Below, piece by piece: positions 9,379-19,684 of a DNA stretch of 64,000 nucleotides (position 1 is the first letter of the stretch; the number at the start of each line of letters is the position of its first letter). Source of the DNA: Spirochaetia bacterium (lineage in GTDB: Bacteria; Spirochaetota; Spirochaetia; CAKZLE01); NCBI GenBank assembly GCA_963677595.1, contig OY782041.1, forward strand, positions 3,904,001 to 3,968,000, given 5' to 3'. Both the position numbers and the translations under genes were made by a program. Under the pieces are notes generated by a model, which had not been told where the DNA came from, did no database searches, and saw only the letters and a program-made list of their open reading frames with translations.

Positions 9379-10356
9379 TTATTCATCAGCCTTGTCCTTG
9401 TTTTGGTCAAGTTTGTTCGCAAGGAGCATGGCAACGACAAGGATGACACCTTCATAGATGTAGCTCGCCCATGGCGGTGCACCGACGATGGTCATGCCGT
9501 TACTGCCGATCCCCACGAAGAGGATGGCAAGGATGAGGCCGCCAATATTGAAGTACCCGGGCTTGAAGGAGATCTTGCTTAAGAATACGATCGCATAGGC
9601 CGGAAGCAGTACGGAGTGTCCGTACGCAGCACTTGCAGCACCCAGTTTCCCAAGCAGGAGGAATGCACCGATCGCGGTGAAGAAACCTGCTGCCGAGAAT
9701 GCGAAGATCCTTACGTAATTCGTCTTGATCCCAGCCAGGAATGAAGCTTTTTCTGAACTTCCCACAGAATAGAGCTTCCTGCCTAGCGGTCTGTGATTCA
9801 ACAGAAAATAGACGACCAAACATAAGAACAGCCAGAAGACGACTGAATACCCGATCTGTCCCCATCTGCCCTGGGCAAATGTACTGATTGCTCTCGGGAT
9901 CCCATGATTGAGCACCATACCGCCGCTCACTGCCTGGGTCAGACCGGAAAGGGTCAACCCGACACTCAGAGTGACGATGAAAGAGCTGATGCTGAACTTC
10001 ACGGCGATGATCCCGTTGATGAACCCCGACAGGGTACCGGCTGCGATCATGACCAGGACGAGAACGAGTGCGCTGTTTACGCCGTTCTCGGCTAGTTTCG
10101 CACCGAGCACCATGCAGAAGGATGTCAGGTAGCCTAACGAGAGGTCGAACTCACCCACTACGAGTATGAACATCGCACCAAGGGCCACACAGCCTATGGT
10201 AACCTGGGTGATGAGGATGTTGCCGAAGTTCTGCATACTGAAGAACGTATCAGAAAGGGCACTGAACACTGCTATGATGACTAGCAGCAGGAACACCATC
10301 CCGTATTTGTAGAATAGAGTCTTGATATCGAAGGACCCAGCATTATTTTCTCGCAT
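9379..10356 (-). CDS. Monosaccharide ABC permease, operon A
   Basis: GEFDLSLG, ISSFIVTL, LGRKLYSVGSSEKASFLAGI. Confidence 0.9.
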   Translation of the reverse strand: MRENNAGSFDIKTLFYKYGMVFLLLVIIAVFSALSDTFFSMQNFGNILITQVTIGCVALGAMFILVVGEFDLSLGYLTSFCMVLGAKLAENGVNSALVLVLVMIAAGTLSGFINGIIAVKFSISSFIVTLSVGLTLSGLTQAVSGGMVLNHGIPRAISTFAQGRWGQIGYSVVFWLFLCLVVYFLLNHRPLGRKLYSVGSSEKASFLAGIKTNYVRIFAFSAAGFFTAIGAFLLLGKLGAASAAYGHSVLLPAYAIVFLSKISFKPGYFNIGGLILAILFVGIGSNGMTIVGAPPWASYIYEGVILVVAMLLANKLDQNKDKADE

Positions 10357-10376
10357 ACACTAAACACTCCAAATAT

Positions 10377-10404
10377 AAGATGAGAGGCTTTCGCCTCTCA
10401 TCTT
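10377..10404. repeat. Intercistronic hairpin after binding-protein gene A
   Basis: AAGATGAGAGGC-TTTC-GCCTCTCATCTT perfect inverted repeat. Confidence 0.75.
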
Positions 10405-10424
10405 GTAATCTTATCTAAACTCTA

Positions 10425-11537
10425 TCAATCCCAGAGCGCGTAGAATGCACTCTTATAATCATAGGCCGGGGTCCAAGCCTCACCCTCCGGCGGGAGCAGT
10501 GACTTGTCGACGATCGCCATCGGGAGGTTCTCGTTGTGCGGGGTGATCAGCGGCTGCCCGTTGAGGACTCGAATTGCCTGATCAACTTCAGCGTACCCGA
10601 GGTAGGTCGAATCATAGGCTGCTGTACCAGCTGCTATGGGAGATCTCTTGATGAGTGACATCATCTCAGTCGTACCGAGCACACTAACGACCTTCACCTC
10701 AGTGAGGTCAGCTGCTTCGAGTGCAGCGATAGGGCCGAGGGCTGCCGGATCAAACGGGATGAACACATAATCGACCTGCGGGTGTGACATGACATACCCG
10801 GTTACCATCCTGTTGAGGGTATCGCCGAGCTGGTCAAAGCTGAAGACCTGGGGTTTCGGGTCGAAGGTGATGTTCCGTGCTGTCAGTTCATCGATGAGTC
10901 CTTCCTCGAACAGGTCTACTGATGGGAGACCGGGGCAGGAGAAGATCACGACATTAGCCTTGCCGTTGGAATCCTCATCCATCCATGCTGCCATGGTCTG
11001 TCCGAGACCATAATAATACGGACCGACATCATAGAGGAAGTTCAGGTTCCCTGCACCAACATCAAGGATCGGGTTCGGGTCATCTGTACCGCTCGAACCG
11101 CTGACGATAGGGATACCAGCAGTCTTCGCAGCATTCAAGCCTTCCTGGAAGCTTCGCGGGTCAAGGGAAATAGTCATGATGACATCCGCATTCCATGCTA
11201 TCGCATTCAGGATAGCCTTGTTCCCTCCCTCCGGAGTTCCCCTTCCATCAAAGATCTGGACATCCCAGTCATATCGTTCGCCGATCTCGACCATGGCATC
11301 GCCAGGGACGATACAACCGGAAAGTGAAGCCATTGCTGGAACAATTGCTACCTTGATACCCCTTGGAGCTTTTGCCTTGACTGTGGGTCCTGGGAACCCT
11401 TCAGTCGTCTTCGCCGGGGCTGCTGCCTGTACTTCAGCCTTCGTATCAGCTGCTTTTTCCTGCTGGCCGCCTGCCATCACGGAAAAACTGACCAGCATGA
11501 TCAGCAAGATTGCCAGAATCCTCTTACATCTCAACAT
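10425..11537 (-). CDS. Sugar-type ABC substrate-binding protein (RbsB/Peripla_BP_4-like), operon A
   Basis: Signal peptide MLRCKRIL...MAGGQQEK; GGAGG SD before ATG 11537; AKTAGIPIV motif. Confidence 0.85.
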   Translation of the reverse strand: MLRCKRILAILLIMLVSFSVMAGGQQEKAADTKAEVQAAAPAKTTEGFPGPTVKAKAPRGIKVAIVPAMASLSGCIVPGDAMVEIGERYDWDVQIFDGRGTPEGGNKAILNAIAWNADVIMTISLDPRSFQEGLNAAKTAGIPIVSGSSGTDDPNPILDVGAGNLNFLYDVGPYYYGLGQTMAAWMDEDSNGKANVVIFSCPGLPSVDLFEEGLIDELTARNITFDPKPQVFSFDQLGDTLNRMVTGYVMSHPQVDYVFIPFDPAALGPIAALEAADLTEVKVVSVLGTTEMMSLIKRSPIAAGTAAYDSTYLGYAEVDQAIRVLNGQPLITPHNENLPMAIVDKSLLPPEGEAWTPAYDYKSAFYALWD

Positions 11538-11680
11538 TTGAGACCTCCTCTTTTTTAACTTCATTATGTAAGGCAAACGCTTACTAATTAAAGCCATTCT
11601 TATGATACCACACTCATCAGGAGAACAATACTATAAGAAATACGATCAGACCTACTCTTCAGTATGACCGAATCATGTAA

Positions 11681-11746
11681 CAATCAGCTTTATTGCTCTT
11701 TCTGATTAGTTATGAACATTTTACATCCACATATGTACGCTGTCAA
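11681..11746 (-). promoter_or_regulatory. Promoter TTGACA-N17-TAAAAT with candidate operator CAATCA-N16-TGATTA
   Basis: tgtcaa 11741-11746, atttta 11718-11723, operator 11681-11708. Confidence 0.65.
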
Positions 11747-11864
11747 GGAATTGTTTTTATCAAAATAGTTTACATTTATGCTAATAATGACCTACTTTTC
11801 TGTTCTTTCCTGTTCATACAATGGGTATCACTCACTCCTGTTCATAGGAGTTTGGATGATATAG

Positions 11865-11897
11865 AAAAAAAAAGCAGGTTCAACGTATGAACCCGCT
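11865..11897 (-). terminator. Intrinsic terminator after the VOC gene (end of operon B)
   Basis: Minus strand AGCGGGTTCA-TACGT-TGAACCTGCT followed by a long T-run. Confidence 0.8.
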
Positions 11898-11937
11898 CTT
11901 TCATATATAAGTCTCTTCCAAAAGGTAACTGTATTCC

Positions 11938-12474
11938 CTATTTCAGCTCCAGACCTACCTTCTCATCGACGAAATCAGGGTTGAATACTTTAGCCAGGGG
12001 TCCCACGACCGTATCACCGCATTCGAACATGACTCCTAGCTGTTCACGAACGTCATAGAATTTACAGGTCTTACCCTGGGCTGACGCATCAAGCATGACT
12101 GGTATACCATTCTCCTCCATCGCCTCACTGAACCCGTCACGGTCTTCCAGCAGAACGTTCACATGATGGATCCCGGGGCCGTGTTCCCGCAGCCAGGTCG
12201 CATACATATCATCCCCATCCTTGTCGAGCGGTTCGATGATCTCGAAATCAAGGCCGCCCATGTCGAACCGTACGATATTGATCCAGAGTTCTGACTCCTC
12301 CCCATAGTATTTTGGGTTCTCGTACTTGCCTACTGCAGCCAGATCCCTGGTATTCTTCTGAATGATGGTAGACTCATCTATATTGAAATATTTCTGCCAT
12401 TGTGCAAGTGTGGCCTTAGCGTCCCGGACGCAAACGCCGACTTGGAACATACTCTTCATATTTGTCTTCTTCAT
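11938..12474 (-). CDS. VOC family protein (glyoxalase / methylmalonyl-CoA epimerase-like)
   Basis: QVGVCVRD, FEIIEP, WLREHGPGIHHV, LGVMFE. Start is 12474 or 12486. Confidence 0.8.
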   Translation of the reverse strand: MKKTNMKSMFQVGVCVRDAKATLAQWQKYFNIDESTIIQKNTRDLAAVGKYENPKYYGEESELWINIVRFDMGGLDFEIIEPLDKDGDDMYATWLREHGPGIHHVNVLLEDRDGFSEAMEENGIPVMLDASAQGKTCKFYDVREQLGVMFECGDTVVGPLAKVFNPDFVDEKVGLELK

Positions 12475-12515
12475 CTCTTCCTCCATATACGACTGTTTGG
12501 TTTCTGCTGTATTGT

Positions 12516-13481
12516 TCAGCAGCCCTCGAAGAACCGTCTTGGGTTCTCATAGCAGATCTTGTTGAGCACGGTTTCATCGACGCCCATTTCGAGCAGTTTG
12601 ACGATCACGTAGTCCTTGATGAACAGCCAGTGTTGGGGAGCAAGGGATTCGATGAACTCGAGTTCCTCAGGGCTCTTCGTGTTCCACATGGTGGATAAGA
12701 CACCGGTATCATGTGAGAGGAGCATCTGGTCAGCCATCCCGGCATCTATCATCTGCTTGACCATCTTGATCCGTGTCTCCGTGGCAACACCGTGCTCATG
12801 GGGAAGGTGCAGACACGGCAGCCGTTCCACTCCCAACCAGACGCCCTGGTCTGCGATCCACTTGATATAGTCCAGATCGGTGGTCTCGAGGCAGTGGTCG
12901 ACCTTCACGCGGTTCATGTCGATCCCCTCTGCCTTGAGGAACTCGAGCTGGAACCGTGCAGTCTGCTTGAATGCCAGGGTATGCATGAATACCGGGGTAC
13001 CCGTCTCATTCGAGGCGATCGCCGCGGCCCGGTGCTGGATCTCCCGTCCCTTCGTGGGGCCTTCCATATCCATGACACCCTTGATCATACCTGCTTTGAT
13101 ATCAGTACCTGACATACCCTTCTTCAGGTCCTTGATCATGCAGGCAGCCAGGTCATCGGGAGTATAGTTCCCGAGCATGGGACTTAAGTCCATGAAAAAA
13201 CCCGTGGTCGCCACGATGTTCATCCCCGATTTTTCAGCCAGTTCCTTCAGGGTCCTCGGGTCCCGTCCCAGGTCATACGGAGCTGTATCGACGATCAGCT
13301 CGATACCATTTGCCTTCAGGTCCTTAAGATCCTTCAGGGCTTTCTCATAATACCCTTTTACATAGAGTTCAGGATAGTTTTCCGGGATGCCAGCTGCTGA
13401 AGCGACGACATGCTCATGCATGAGGGAGAACCCTATCTTCGAGGTCTCAAGCGGACCGGTCACTGTCTGTACATATTTCAT
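12516..13481 (-). CDS. Phosphotriesterase-like lactonase family amidohydrolase (paralogue 2)
   Basis: QTVTGP..GFSLMHEH, GMIKGV, FMHT, KVDH, LLSHD, ENPRRFF; same length as (321 aa) and colinear with paralogue 1. Confidence 0.9.
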   Translation of the reverse strand: MKYVQTVTGPLETSKIGFSLMHEHVVASAAGIPENYPELYVKGYYEKALKDLKDLKANGIELIVDTAPYDLGRDPRTLKELAEKSGMNIVATTGFFMDLSPMLGNYTPDDLAACMIKDLKKGMSGTDIKAGMIKGVMDMEGPTKGREIQHRAAAIASNETGTPVFMHTLAFKQTARFQLEFLKAEGIDMNRVKVDHCLETTDLDYIKWIADQGVWLGVERLPCLHLPHEHGVATETRIKMVKQMIDAGMADQMLLSHDTGVLSTMWNTKSPEELEFIESLAPQHWLFIKDYVIVKLLEMGVDETVLNKICYENPRRFFEGC

Positions 13482-13508
13482 TGGTGTTACTCCTTATATA
13501 TTTGTTCG

Positions 13509-14459
13509 TTAGCCTGAGAGCGCCGCTCTCGCATTCTTCCCGTTCGTCAGGACGACTCCGAGGATCACGATGCCATTCATCACGTTCTCGAACCAGAAGG
13601 GGGCACCCATCAGTCCTGCAATATTGTAGACGACTCCCAAAAGCAACAGCCCCACTAACATACCGGGAATGTTGTACCTTCCAATTCGATGTGTCGTAAT
13701 ACTCAAGAAAGTGACTGCCAGACACGGCATCAGATACATAGGACCGGTAGTGATATATGCATTACCGCTCTGTGCAATGAGCAATGCACCTGCTACACCG
13801 ACACTTGCCCCTCCGAAGGTGAATGCGAGAAACTTCACGAGTTTCGTCCGAATTCCTGCAAGATGCGATACTCTCTTTGAGAACCCGACTGCATATATCT
13901 GCCCGCCAAGAGGAGTGAACTCAAGCAGCCAATAAGCGAGAATTACTACTACAAAGAAGGCCCAGATACAGGGATTGAATCCAAAATATTTAGCTTTGAA
14001 CATTTTCGTGACTACTTTTGGCATTACAGATGTGATACTCAAAGAGTTGTTCGTCCAGCTGCTTATACCGTACATAACCATTCCAGAGCCTAGCGTCGAG
14101 ATGGTAGAAGGTATTTTGATCACCATGGTAAGCAGTCCATTCATGGCGCCGAACACCACCCCGGAAAGAAGAGCAACGAGTATGATCACAACAGGATCAG
14201 CGCCCATCTTCCCGACTTTCGCCGCGATCATGACAGTCGCACCGAGCATATAGCCTACGGAGATGTCCATTTCGCCTGATGACATGATGATGACCATCGC
14301 TATCGCCAGGAACCCTACGGTGACACGTCCAAGGAGCATCGTCCTGATGTTCTGAAGTGACAGGAAGGCACTATTCCAGACCCCTCCAAATATAACTGCA
14401 ATTATGAGAATAATTAAGAGTCCATAATTTGAAACGATTTTTTTTTGTAGTTTCATCAT
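13509..14459 (-). CDS. Monosaccharide ABC permease, operon B
   Basis: GEMDISVG, KIPSTISTLG, TPLGGQIYAVG; paralogue of 6830-7780. Confidence 0.9.
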   Translation of the reverse strand: MMKLQKKIVSNYGLLIILIIAVIFGGVWNSAFLSLQNIRTMLLGRVTVGFLAIAMVIIMSSGEMDISVGYMLGATVMIAAKVGKMGADPVVIILVALLSGVVFGAMNGLLTMVIKIPSTISTLGSGMVMYGISSWTNNSLSITSVMPKVVTKMFKAKYFGFNPCIWAFFVVVILAYWLLEFTPLGGQIYAVGFSKRVSHLAGIRTKLVKFLAFTFGGASVGVAGALLIAQSGNAYITTGPMYLMPCLAVTFLSITTHRIGRYNIPGMLVGLLLLGVVYNIAGLMGAPFWFENVMNGIVILGVVLTNGKNARAALSG

Positions 14460-16009
14460 AGGTAGCACCACCTTGCGATTTCCTGTCTAGTCAATAAACC
14501 GTTTTCAGGTGTTAGCTCTGCCTTAATCTCTCCATTATGCAGAGCGATCATCCTTGTGCAGATATTCACCAGCTGTTCCGGTTCTGTTGAGAAAATGACC
14601 ATCGCCACTTGTTTATCGGCAGCTTCTTTGATCGCTTCGAAGATCCTGATTCTTGAGGCAGGATCGACTCCGTATGTAGGATCATCAAGAACGAATACTT
14701 TCGGACAAGTCGAGAGCCATTTTGCCATGATGGCTTTTTGCTGATTCCCGCCGGAGAACTTCCCAAAGAGCATGGAGTAGTTGTTACCAGGATGTATATC
14801 GAAGATATCAACGCACATCGCCATAGTTTTCTTTGCCAGCTTACTCTTGTTCCAATATTGTATGAGATTAGGCAGTAATAAATTCTCCTGTAATGTACAT
14901 GACATAATGCATCCCCTAGTCGGCCTATCGCTCGGGAGCACACTTACCCCGGATTGATATGCCTTGCGGGGACTGAGGCTCTTCGGGAGCACTTTGTTTT
15001 CTACCATATACGTCCCGCTCTCAATCTCTAAATCTCCACCAAGAACCATTGGCAATTCTTTTACACCGCTGTCCGGATTTCCGATGATGCCAAGAATCTC
15101 CCCGCTCCGAACGGTAAAGGAAACATCATTCAGTCCTTTTGCAACAAGATGCTGCAGCTCGAGAATCGAAGAAGTTTTTTTTGGAGGTTGCTTATCGAGC
15201 AACTTCCACAAATCCTCCATGGAAAAGGTAGTCTGTTCTTCTCCGATCTTGATATCAACATCATTTCCTTGTCGGATCATTTTTGAGATGATGAAATTCT
15301 CATTGACATCATCTTTCAATCCAGTGAATACCAGTTTCCCACCATTGAGGATCGATATATCATCACAGTAGCTCATCACTTCTTTCATTCGGTGTGTTAC
15401 CATGACGACCGGTATGCCAAGATTAGCAACATAATGCACTCTTTGGAGAAAACTCTCTGTCTCGGATTCGGGTATCGATGCATCAGCTTCATCAAGAACA
15501 AGGAGTTTCGTAGATTTCATCTCCTCCTCATTGCCCATTGCCATAGCCATCGCTATCATGTTTCTGTCTGCAGCAGTTAGATCATCAGTAAGCATCTGTG
15601 GGTCTACCTTGATGTTATACAACTCGAGCAGTTCGTTGATATAGGAATTGACCCGTTTCCAATCGATTCTGAAACCCTTTTTGGGAAACCCTTTGAATAG
15701 CGCAACGCATTCAGCTACTGTGAACGTATTCAGTAGGGGGCTTTCCTGATGGACTACCCGAACGCCAAGGCTGTCTGCCTGGCGAGGGGTTAGAATATCA
15801 CTAACTATATTTCCATTAAAATCTATACTGGCATTACAATTCTTATCAGGGTGATAGTTCCCGGTAAGGACCTTTACTAAGGTCGATTTTCCGCTCCCAT
15901 TTGCCCCGAGGACCGCATGGATCCTGTTCTCTTCAAACCGGAAACTGGCATCTGATAAAGCCTTAACACCGGGGAATGAAACGGATATATTCTTAGCTAT
16001 AATAGGCAT
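14456..16009 (-). CDS. Monosaccharide ABC ATP-binding protein, operon B
   Basis: GANGSGKST, LVLDEADAS, FSGGNQQK, LDDPTYGVD; paralogue of 7777-9333. Confidence 0.92.
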   Translation of the reverse strand: MPIIAKNISVSFPGVKALSDASFRFEENRIHAVLGANGSGKSTLVKVLTGNYHPDKNCNASIDFNGNIVSDILTPRQADSLGVRVVHQESPLLNTFTVAECVALFKGFPKKGFRIDWKRVNSYINELLELYNIKVDPQMLTDDLTAADRNMIAMAMAMGNEEEMKSTKLLVLDEADASIPESETESFLQRVHYVANLGIPVVMVTHRMKEVMSYCDDISILNGGKLVFTGLKDDVNENFIISKMIRQGNDVDIKIGEEQTTFSMEDLWKLLDKQPPKKTSSILELQHLVAKGLNDVSFTVRSGEILGIIGNPDSGVKELPMVLGGDLEIESGTYMVENKVLPKSLSPRKAYQSGVSVLPSDRPTRGCIMSCTLQENLLLPNLIQYWNKSKLAKKTMAMCVDIFDIHPGNNYSMLFGKFSGGNQQKAIMAKWLSTCPKVFVLDDPTYGVDPASRIRIFEAIKEAADKQVAMVIFSTEPEQLVNICTRMIALHNGEIKAELTPENGLLTRQEIARWCYL

Positions 16010-16035
16010 TTTTCTTCTCCCTTTTCCCAGTACAT

Positions 16036-16992
16036 CTATTTGATTTCAATAGGAGATACCCGCTGAGACAACCACATGGAAAACATCAGGATAAGACCGC
16101 TGAAGATGTTTTCACTCCACGTAGGGGCACCTGCCATCTGTATACCATTGACTCCGACGGTTATTAATGCAACTGACAGTACCAGTCCCGGCACATTGAT
16201 ATATCCTGGTTTAAAAACTGCTTTGCTCAAAAACACCGTCGCATATGCAGGAAGTAGTAAAGAAGTCCCATAACCGGAGCTTGCTGCACCTAACTGACCT
16301 AGAAGTATGATTCCGGCAATAGATGCGAAGAATCCAGCGCTTGTGAATGCGAAGATACGAACATATGCTGTCTTGATCCCAGCGAGGAACGCAATCTTCT
16401 CTGAAGTCCCAACTGCATACATCTGACGCCCAATGGGGGTTTGGGTGAATAGCAAATGAAGTCCTATTGCAGCAACTATGAAAAACAGTACACAGTAACC
16501 CAGATGCCCGAAACCATCACGCGTGAATGCCAGCAGCCAAGCCGGGGAATCAATGTAAATATTGCCGCTGTTGGTAATCGCCTGTGCCAATCCCGATAGT
16601 GTCATACCCACTGCCAGGGTCACGATAAATGAACTTATCTTCATATGTACAACGATAAGTCCGTTAATCAGTCCTGCAGTAATCCCGCATAGTATCGGAA
16701 TTATCACTATCAAAGCACTGTTTACTCCAAGATTTTCAAGATATGCAGCAATTACCATGGTGAAGGTTAGATTGAACCCTATTGAGAGATCGAACTCCCC
16801 GGTTACGATGATGAACAAGCCGGCAAGAGAAAGAACTGCACTTGCCATCTTGGTCAGAAACATATTACCGAAATTCATGGTTGTTAAAAACGTATCTGAT
16901 ATCAATCCGAATACCAACAACAATGCAGCGAAAACAATAATCATGCTGAATCTGCTGATAAGCTCGGAGATCTTTGTTGTTTTTGTTGTCAT
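16036..16992 (-). CDS. Monosaccharide ABC permease, operon B
   Basis: GEFDLSIG, KISSFIVTL; GGAGG SD before ATG 16992. Confidence 0.9.
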   Translation of the reverse strand: MTTKTTKISELISRFSMIIVFAALLLVFGLISDTFLTTMNFGNMFLTKMASAVLSLAGLFIIVTGEFDLSIGFNLTFTMVIAAYLENLGVNSALIVIIPILCGITAGLINGLIVVHMKISSFIVTLAVGMTLSGLAQAITNSGNIYIDSPAWLLAFTRDGFGHLGYCVLFFIVAAIGLHLLFTQTPIGRQMYAVGTSEKIAFLAGIKTAYVRIFAFTSAGFFASIAGIILLGQLGAASSGYGTSLLLPAYATVFLSKAVFKPGYINVPGLVLSVALITVGVNGIQMAGAPTWSENIFSGLILMFSMWLSQRVSPIEIK

Positions 16993-17027
16993 TGAAATCA
17001 GCCTCCATTCCATTGATTTCAAGAATA

Positions 17028-17057
17028 TTTGCAGGGAGAGAAACCTCTCCCTGCAAA
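17028..17057. repeat. Intercistronic hairpin after binding-protein gene B
   Basis: TTTGCAGGGAGAG-AAAC-CTCTCCCTGCAAA perfect inverted repeat. Confidence 0.75.
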
Positions 17058-17090
17058 CGATCTGATAATATCTATGAATGTAGGTTCAGA

Positions 17091-18185
17091 CTACTCCCAT
17101 AATGCATAGAATTTCGACTTATAATCAAAATCAGGAGCCCATGCTCCATCCGATGGAACATTGGTAATATCAAGAATAGCATATGGTGTATTCTCTCCAT
17201 GCGGCTCGAACAGGGGGTCACCGTTCAGATGCCGAATCATCTGGTCCATTGCAGCGTAACCAAGATAGGTGTTGTCATACGCAGCCGATGCGGAAGCAAC
17301 TGTATCCTGACTTATGAGTGCACACATCTCAATATTACCGAGCACACTGGCTACCTTCACGTCAGTAAAACCTGCAAGTTCCAATGCCTCACTAACCGGT
17401 ACTGCTGCCGGGTCGAAGGGGAAGAATATGAACTCTGTATCAGGATTATTGGTCAGATAGGTAGTCACCTGTCGGTTCAGCTGATCTCCGATCAAATCGA
17501 AGGTGAAATATCCTACAGGATCATAATCCATCCCTAATTCCTCGAATCCTTCATAGAGGCCTTTTCTTGTGTTGTCTATCGAGTAGGCTCCCTCAAAGTC
17601 CCAACATGCGACCTTACCGCTGCCTTCAATATTATTGTACATCCATTCCGCCATGGCGTGTCCCATTTCGTTGTAACTTGCACCGACATCATACACATAG
17701 TCATATTCATTTCTTATGACAGGATTGGGAGTATCGGTACCGGCTGAAGCACAACCTATTGGGATGCCAGCTTCTACAGCAGCTTTCACACCTGCCTGTA
17801 GAGAACTAGATTCCTGTGCTGTCATAAGAATAGCATCTGCACCCCATGCGATAGCACTCATGATTGCAGGGTTCATGACATCAGGTGATCCCTGACCATC
17901 CCAAGTCTGCACTTCCCAGCCGAAATGATTTGCGATCTCTACCATTGCATCTGCAGGGATACTCGCACCGGACATCGATGCGTGACCAATGATAACCGCA
18001 AGCTTCAAATCTTCAGGAGCTTTTGAAGGGGTCGTTGGGCCTTCATACCCTTTGTCGTACGCAGGTGCGGCAGCTTTTACAGGAGCTGCTGGTTCCGCCG
18101 GCTTCTCCTGGCTACCACCTGCAAACAGCGAGAAACTGACAACCATGATAAGCAAAATAGAAACGATTCTTTTACTTTTCAACAT
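17091..18185 (-). CDS. Sugar-type ABC substrate-binding protein, operon B
   Basis: MLKSKRIV...FAGGSQEK signal; C-terminus DYKSKFYALWE matches binding protein A (DYKSAFYALWD). Confidence 0.87.
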   Translation of the reverse strand: MLKSKRIVSILLIMVVSFSLFAGGSQEKPAEPAAPVKAAAPAYDKGYEGPTTPSKAPEDLKLAVIIGHASMSGASIPADAMVEIANHFGWEVQTWDGQGSPDVMNPAIMSAIAWGADAILMTAQESSSLQAGVKAAVEAGIPIGCASAGTDTPNPVIRNEYDYVYDVGASYNEMGHAMAEWMYNNIEGSGKVACWDFEGAYSIDNTRKGLYEGFEELGMDYDPVGYFTFDLIGDQLNRQVTTYLTNNPDTEFIFFPFDPAAVPVSEALELAGFTDVKVASVLGNIEMCALISQDTVASASAAYDNTYLGYAAMDQMIRHLNGDPLFEPHGENTPYAILDITNVPSDGAWAPDFDYKSKFYALWE

Positions 18186-18236
18186 CTGAAAACCTCCTCT
18201 TTCTTATGTTGACGAGAATCACAAAATAGATAGTTA

Positions 18237-18296
18237 TAATCACTTATAATCTTTTTGTGATTAATTTATGTTATCCCTACAATCACTATTTGTCAA
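18237..18296 (-). promoter_or_regulatory. Promoter TTGACA-N17-TAACAT with candidate operator TAATCA-N15-TGATTA
   Basis: tgtcaa 18291-18296, atgtta 18268-18273, operator 18237-18263. Confidence 0.7.
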
Positions 18297-18472
18297 ACAA
18301 TTATTCCAGTTTTTTCTTGTAGTAACAGGTTTAGAAAGCTTCCTAACGCTGGATTTCGCTGTTTACGAAGCATTTTTTATGTAGATATAATCATGAAAGA
18401 GGTTCTCGATGATAATTTCAGATAGCTGAGAAGCCAGACGTGACCGCCGGCTCCTCATCCATCTCCTGCTGC

Positions 18473-19684
18473 TTACAATCTTGATGCCAGTGCCAGCCCG
18501 ATCAGGCACGCGATGCCGGGGACGATGAACGTCCAACTCGTAGGGTTGCCGTTCACGCTGACTACTCCGGCGATGATCGGGGAGAGGATCCCTGCTGCCA
18601 GGATCGCGATCCCGGTCAGCCCGAGGACTGACCCGATATGCTTCGTCCCGAAGAGATCCGTGATGAGTACAGGGTTGATCCCGGCGCTTCCTCCGTAGGC
18701 GAAGGCAACGAAGAAGATGACGAGGAGGAAGACGATCCCCTTCGCGAAGATACCCAGGATGACGCATGCGATCATGATCAGGTAGAGGCTCTGCATCACA
18801 CGCTTCGACCCGATGTAATCGGACATCTTTGCGGCGACCATCCTGCCGCTCGCCGATGCCGCGCCGGTGAGCATGATGCCGCCGACTGCCAGGCTCTCGG
18901 AGAGTCCCCTGGCCTGTCCAAGGGTCTTGAAGATGGGGTTCAGGATGTAATAGGTCGGGATCAGCAGCATCAGGCTCGCGAGCAGGATATAGAATTTCTT
19001 CATCCTGATTACCTCACCTGCTGAGTAATGCCGCTGGTTCTCCTTCTTCGCAGATCCTTTGCGCAGCCCGTCCTCGAACCCTCCTGGGGGGTCGGAGACG
19101 AACAGGCCGAAGATGCTGAACATCACCGCATAGAAGACAGCGAGCATCCGGAACGTAGCGACGACGCCGAAGGATGACAGGAGGCGATTCACGACCGGGG
19201 CGAAGAGGATGGTTGCCGCACCGAAGGCGGTGACCGTGACCCCGCTTGCCAGGCCGCTCTTGTCGACCCACCATTTCTGGTTCGAGGAGACGTTCGTCGT
19301 GTAGACGATACCGCTGCCGAACCCGGTGATGACGCCATAGGTCAGATAGATCAGCCAGGGCATATGGACCGGGACGAGTGAAGATAGGAGCATACCGCAG
19401 GTAAAGAAGGCTCCACCGGTATAGACCGTGAAACGTGGACCGGTGCGGTCATAGATCCTGCCGCCGATGATGTTCCCCAGTACATTCGCCACGATCATGA
19501 CATAGAAGGTCATGGATGCCTTGGTTGGGTTCCAGTCGAAGTAGGTCATGACCGGTTCCTGGAATACTCCCCATATATAATAGATTCCGATACAGAGCTG
19601 CAGGATCACGCTTACTACCAGATGCCTGACCCTGCTCGGGGCCCTCAGGTTCCCCGTAAGCCCGATACTCACGTCTTCACTCAT
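18473..19684 (-). CDS. MFS transporter, OFA (oxalate/formate antiporter-like) family
   Basis: GIYYIWGVF, GGRIYDRTGPR, KWWVDKSGLASG, TDLFGTKHIG. Confidence 0.85.
   Translation of the reverse strand: MSEDVSIGLTGNLRAPSRVRHLVVSVILQLCIGIYYIWGVFQEPVMTYFDWNPTKASMTFYVMIVANVLGNIIGGRIYDRTGPRFTVYTGGAFFTCGMLLSSLVPVHMPWLIYLTYGVITGFGSGIVYTTNVSSNQKWWVDKSGLASGVTVTAFGAATILFAPVVNRLLSSFGVVATFRMLAVFYAVMFSIFGLFVSDPPGGFEDGLRKGSAKKENQRHYSAGEVIRMKKFYILLASLMLLIPTYYILNPIFKTLGQARGLSESLAVGGIMLTGAASASGRMVAAKMSDYIGSKRVMQSLYLIMIACVILGIFAKGIVFLLVIFFVAFAYGGSAGINPVLITDLFGTKHIGSVLGLTGIAILAAGILSPIIAGVVSVNGNPTSWTFIVPGIACLIGLALASRL

Noticed and set aside
953-13481. Organophosphate-degradation (opd) genes
   Set aside because: There is no Tat signal or mobile-element context, and the transporter/isomerase neighbourhood favours a lactonase role; family membership alone does not imply pesticide hydrolysis.
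18363-18767. Short ORFs reaching into AT-rich intergenic regions (also 12-266, 6508-6819, 11693-11890, 23153-23383)
   Set aside because: They have no clear SD, atypical composition and no motifs, and they overlap promoters, operators or real genes.
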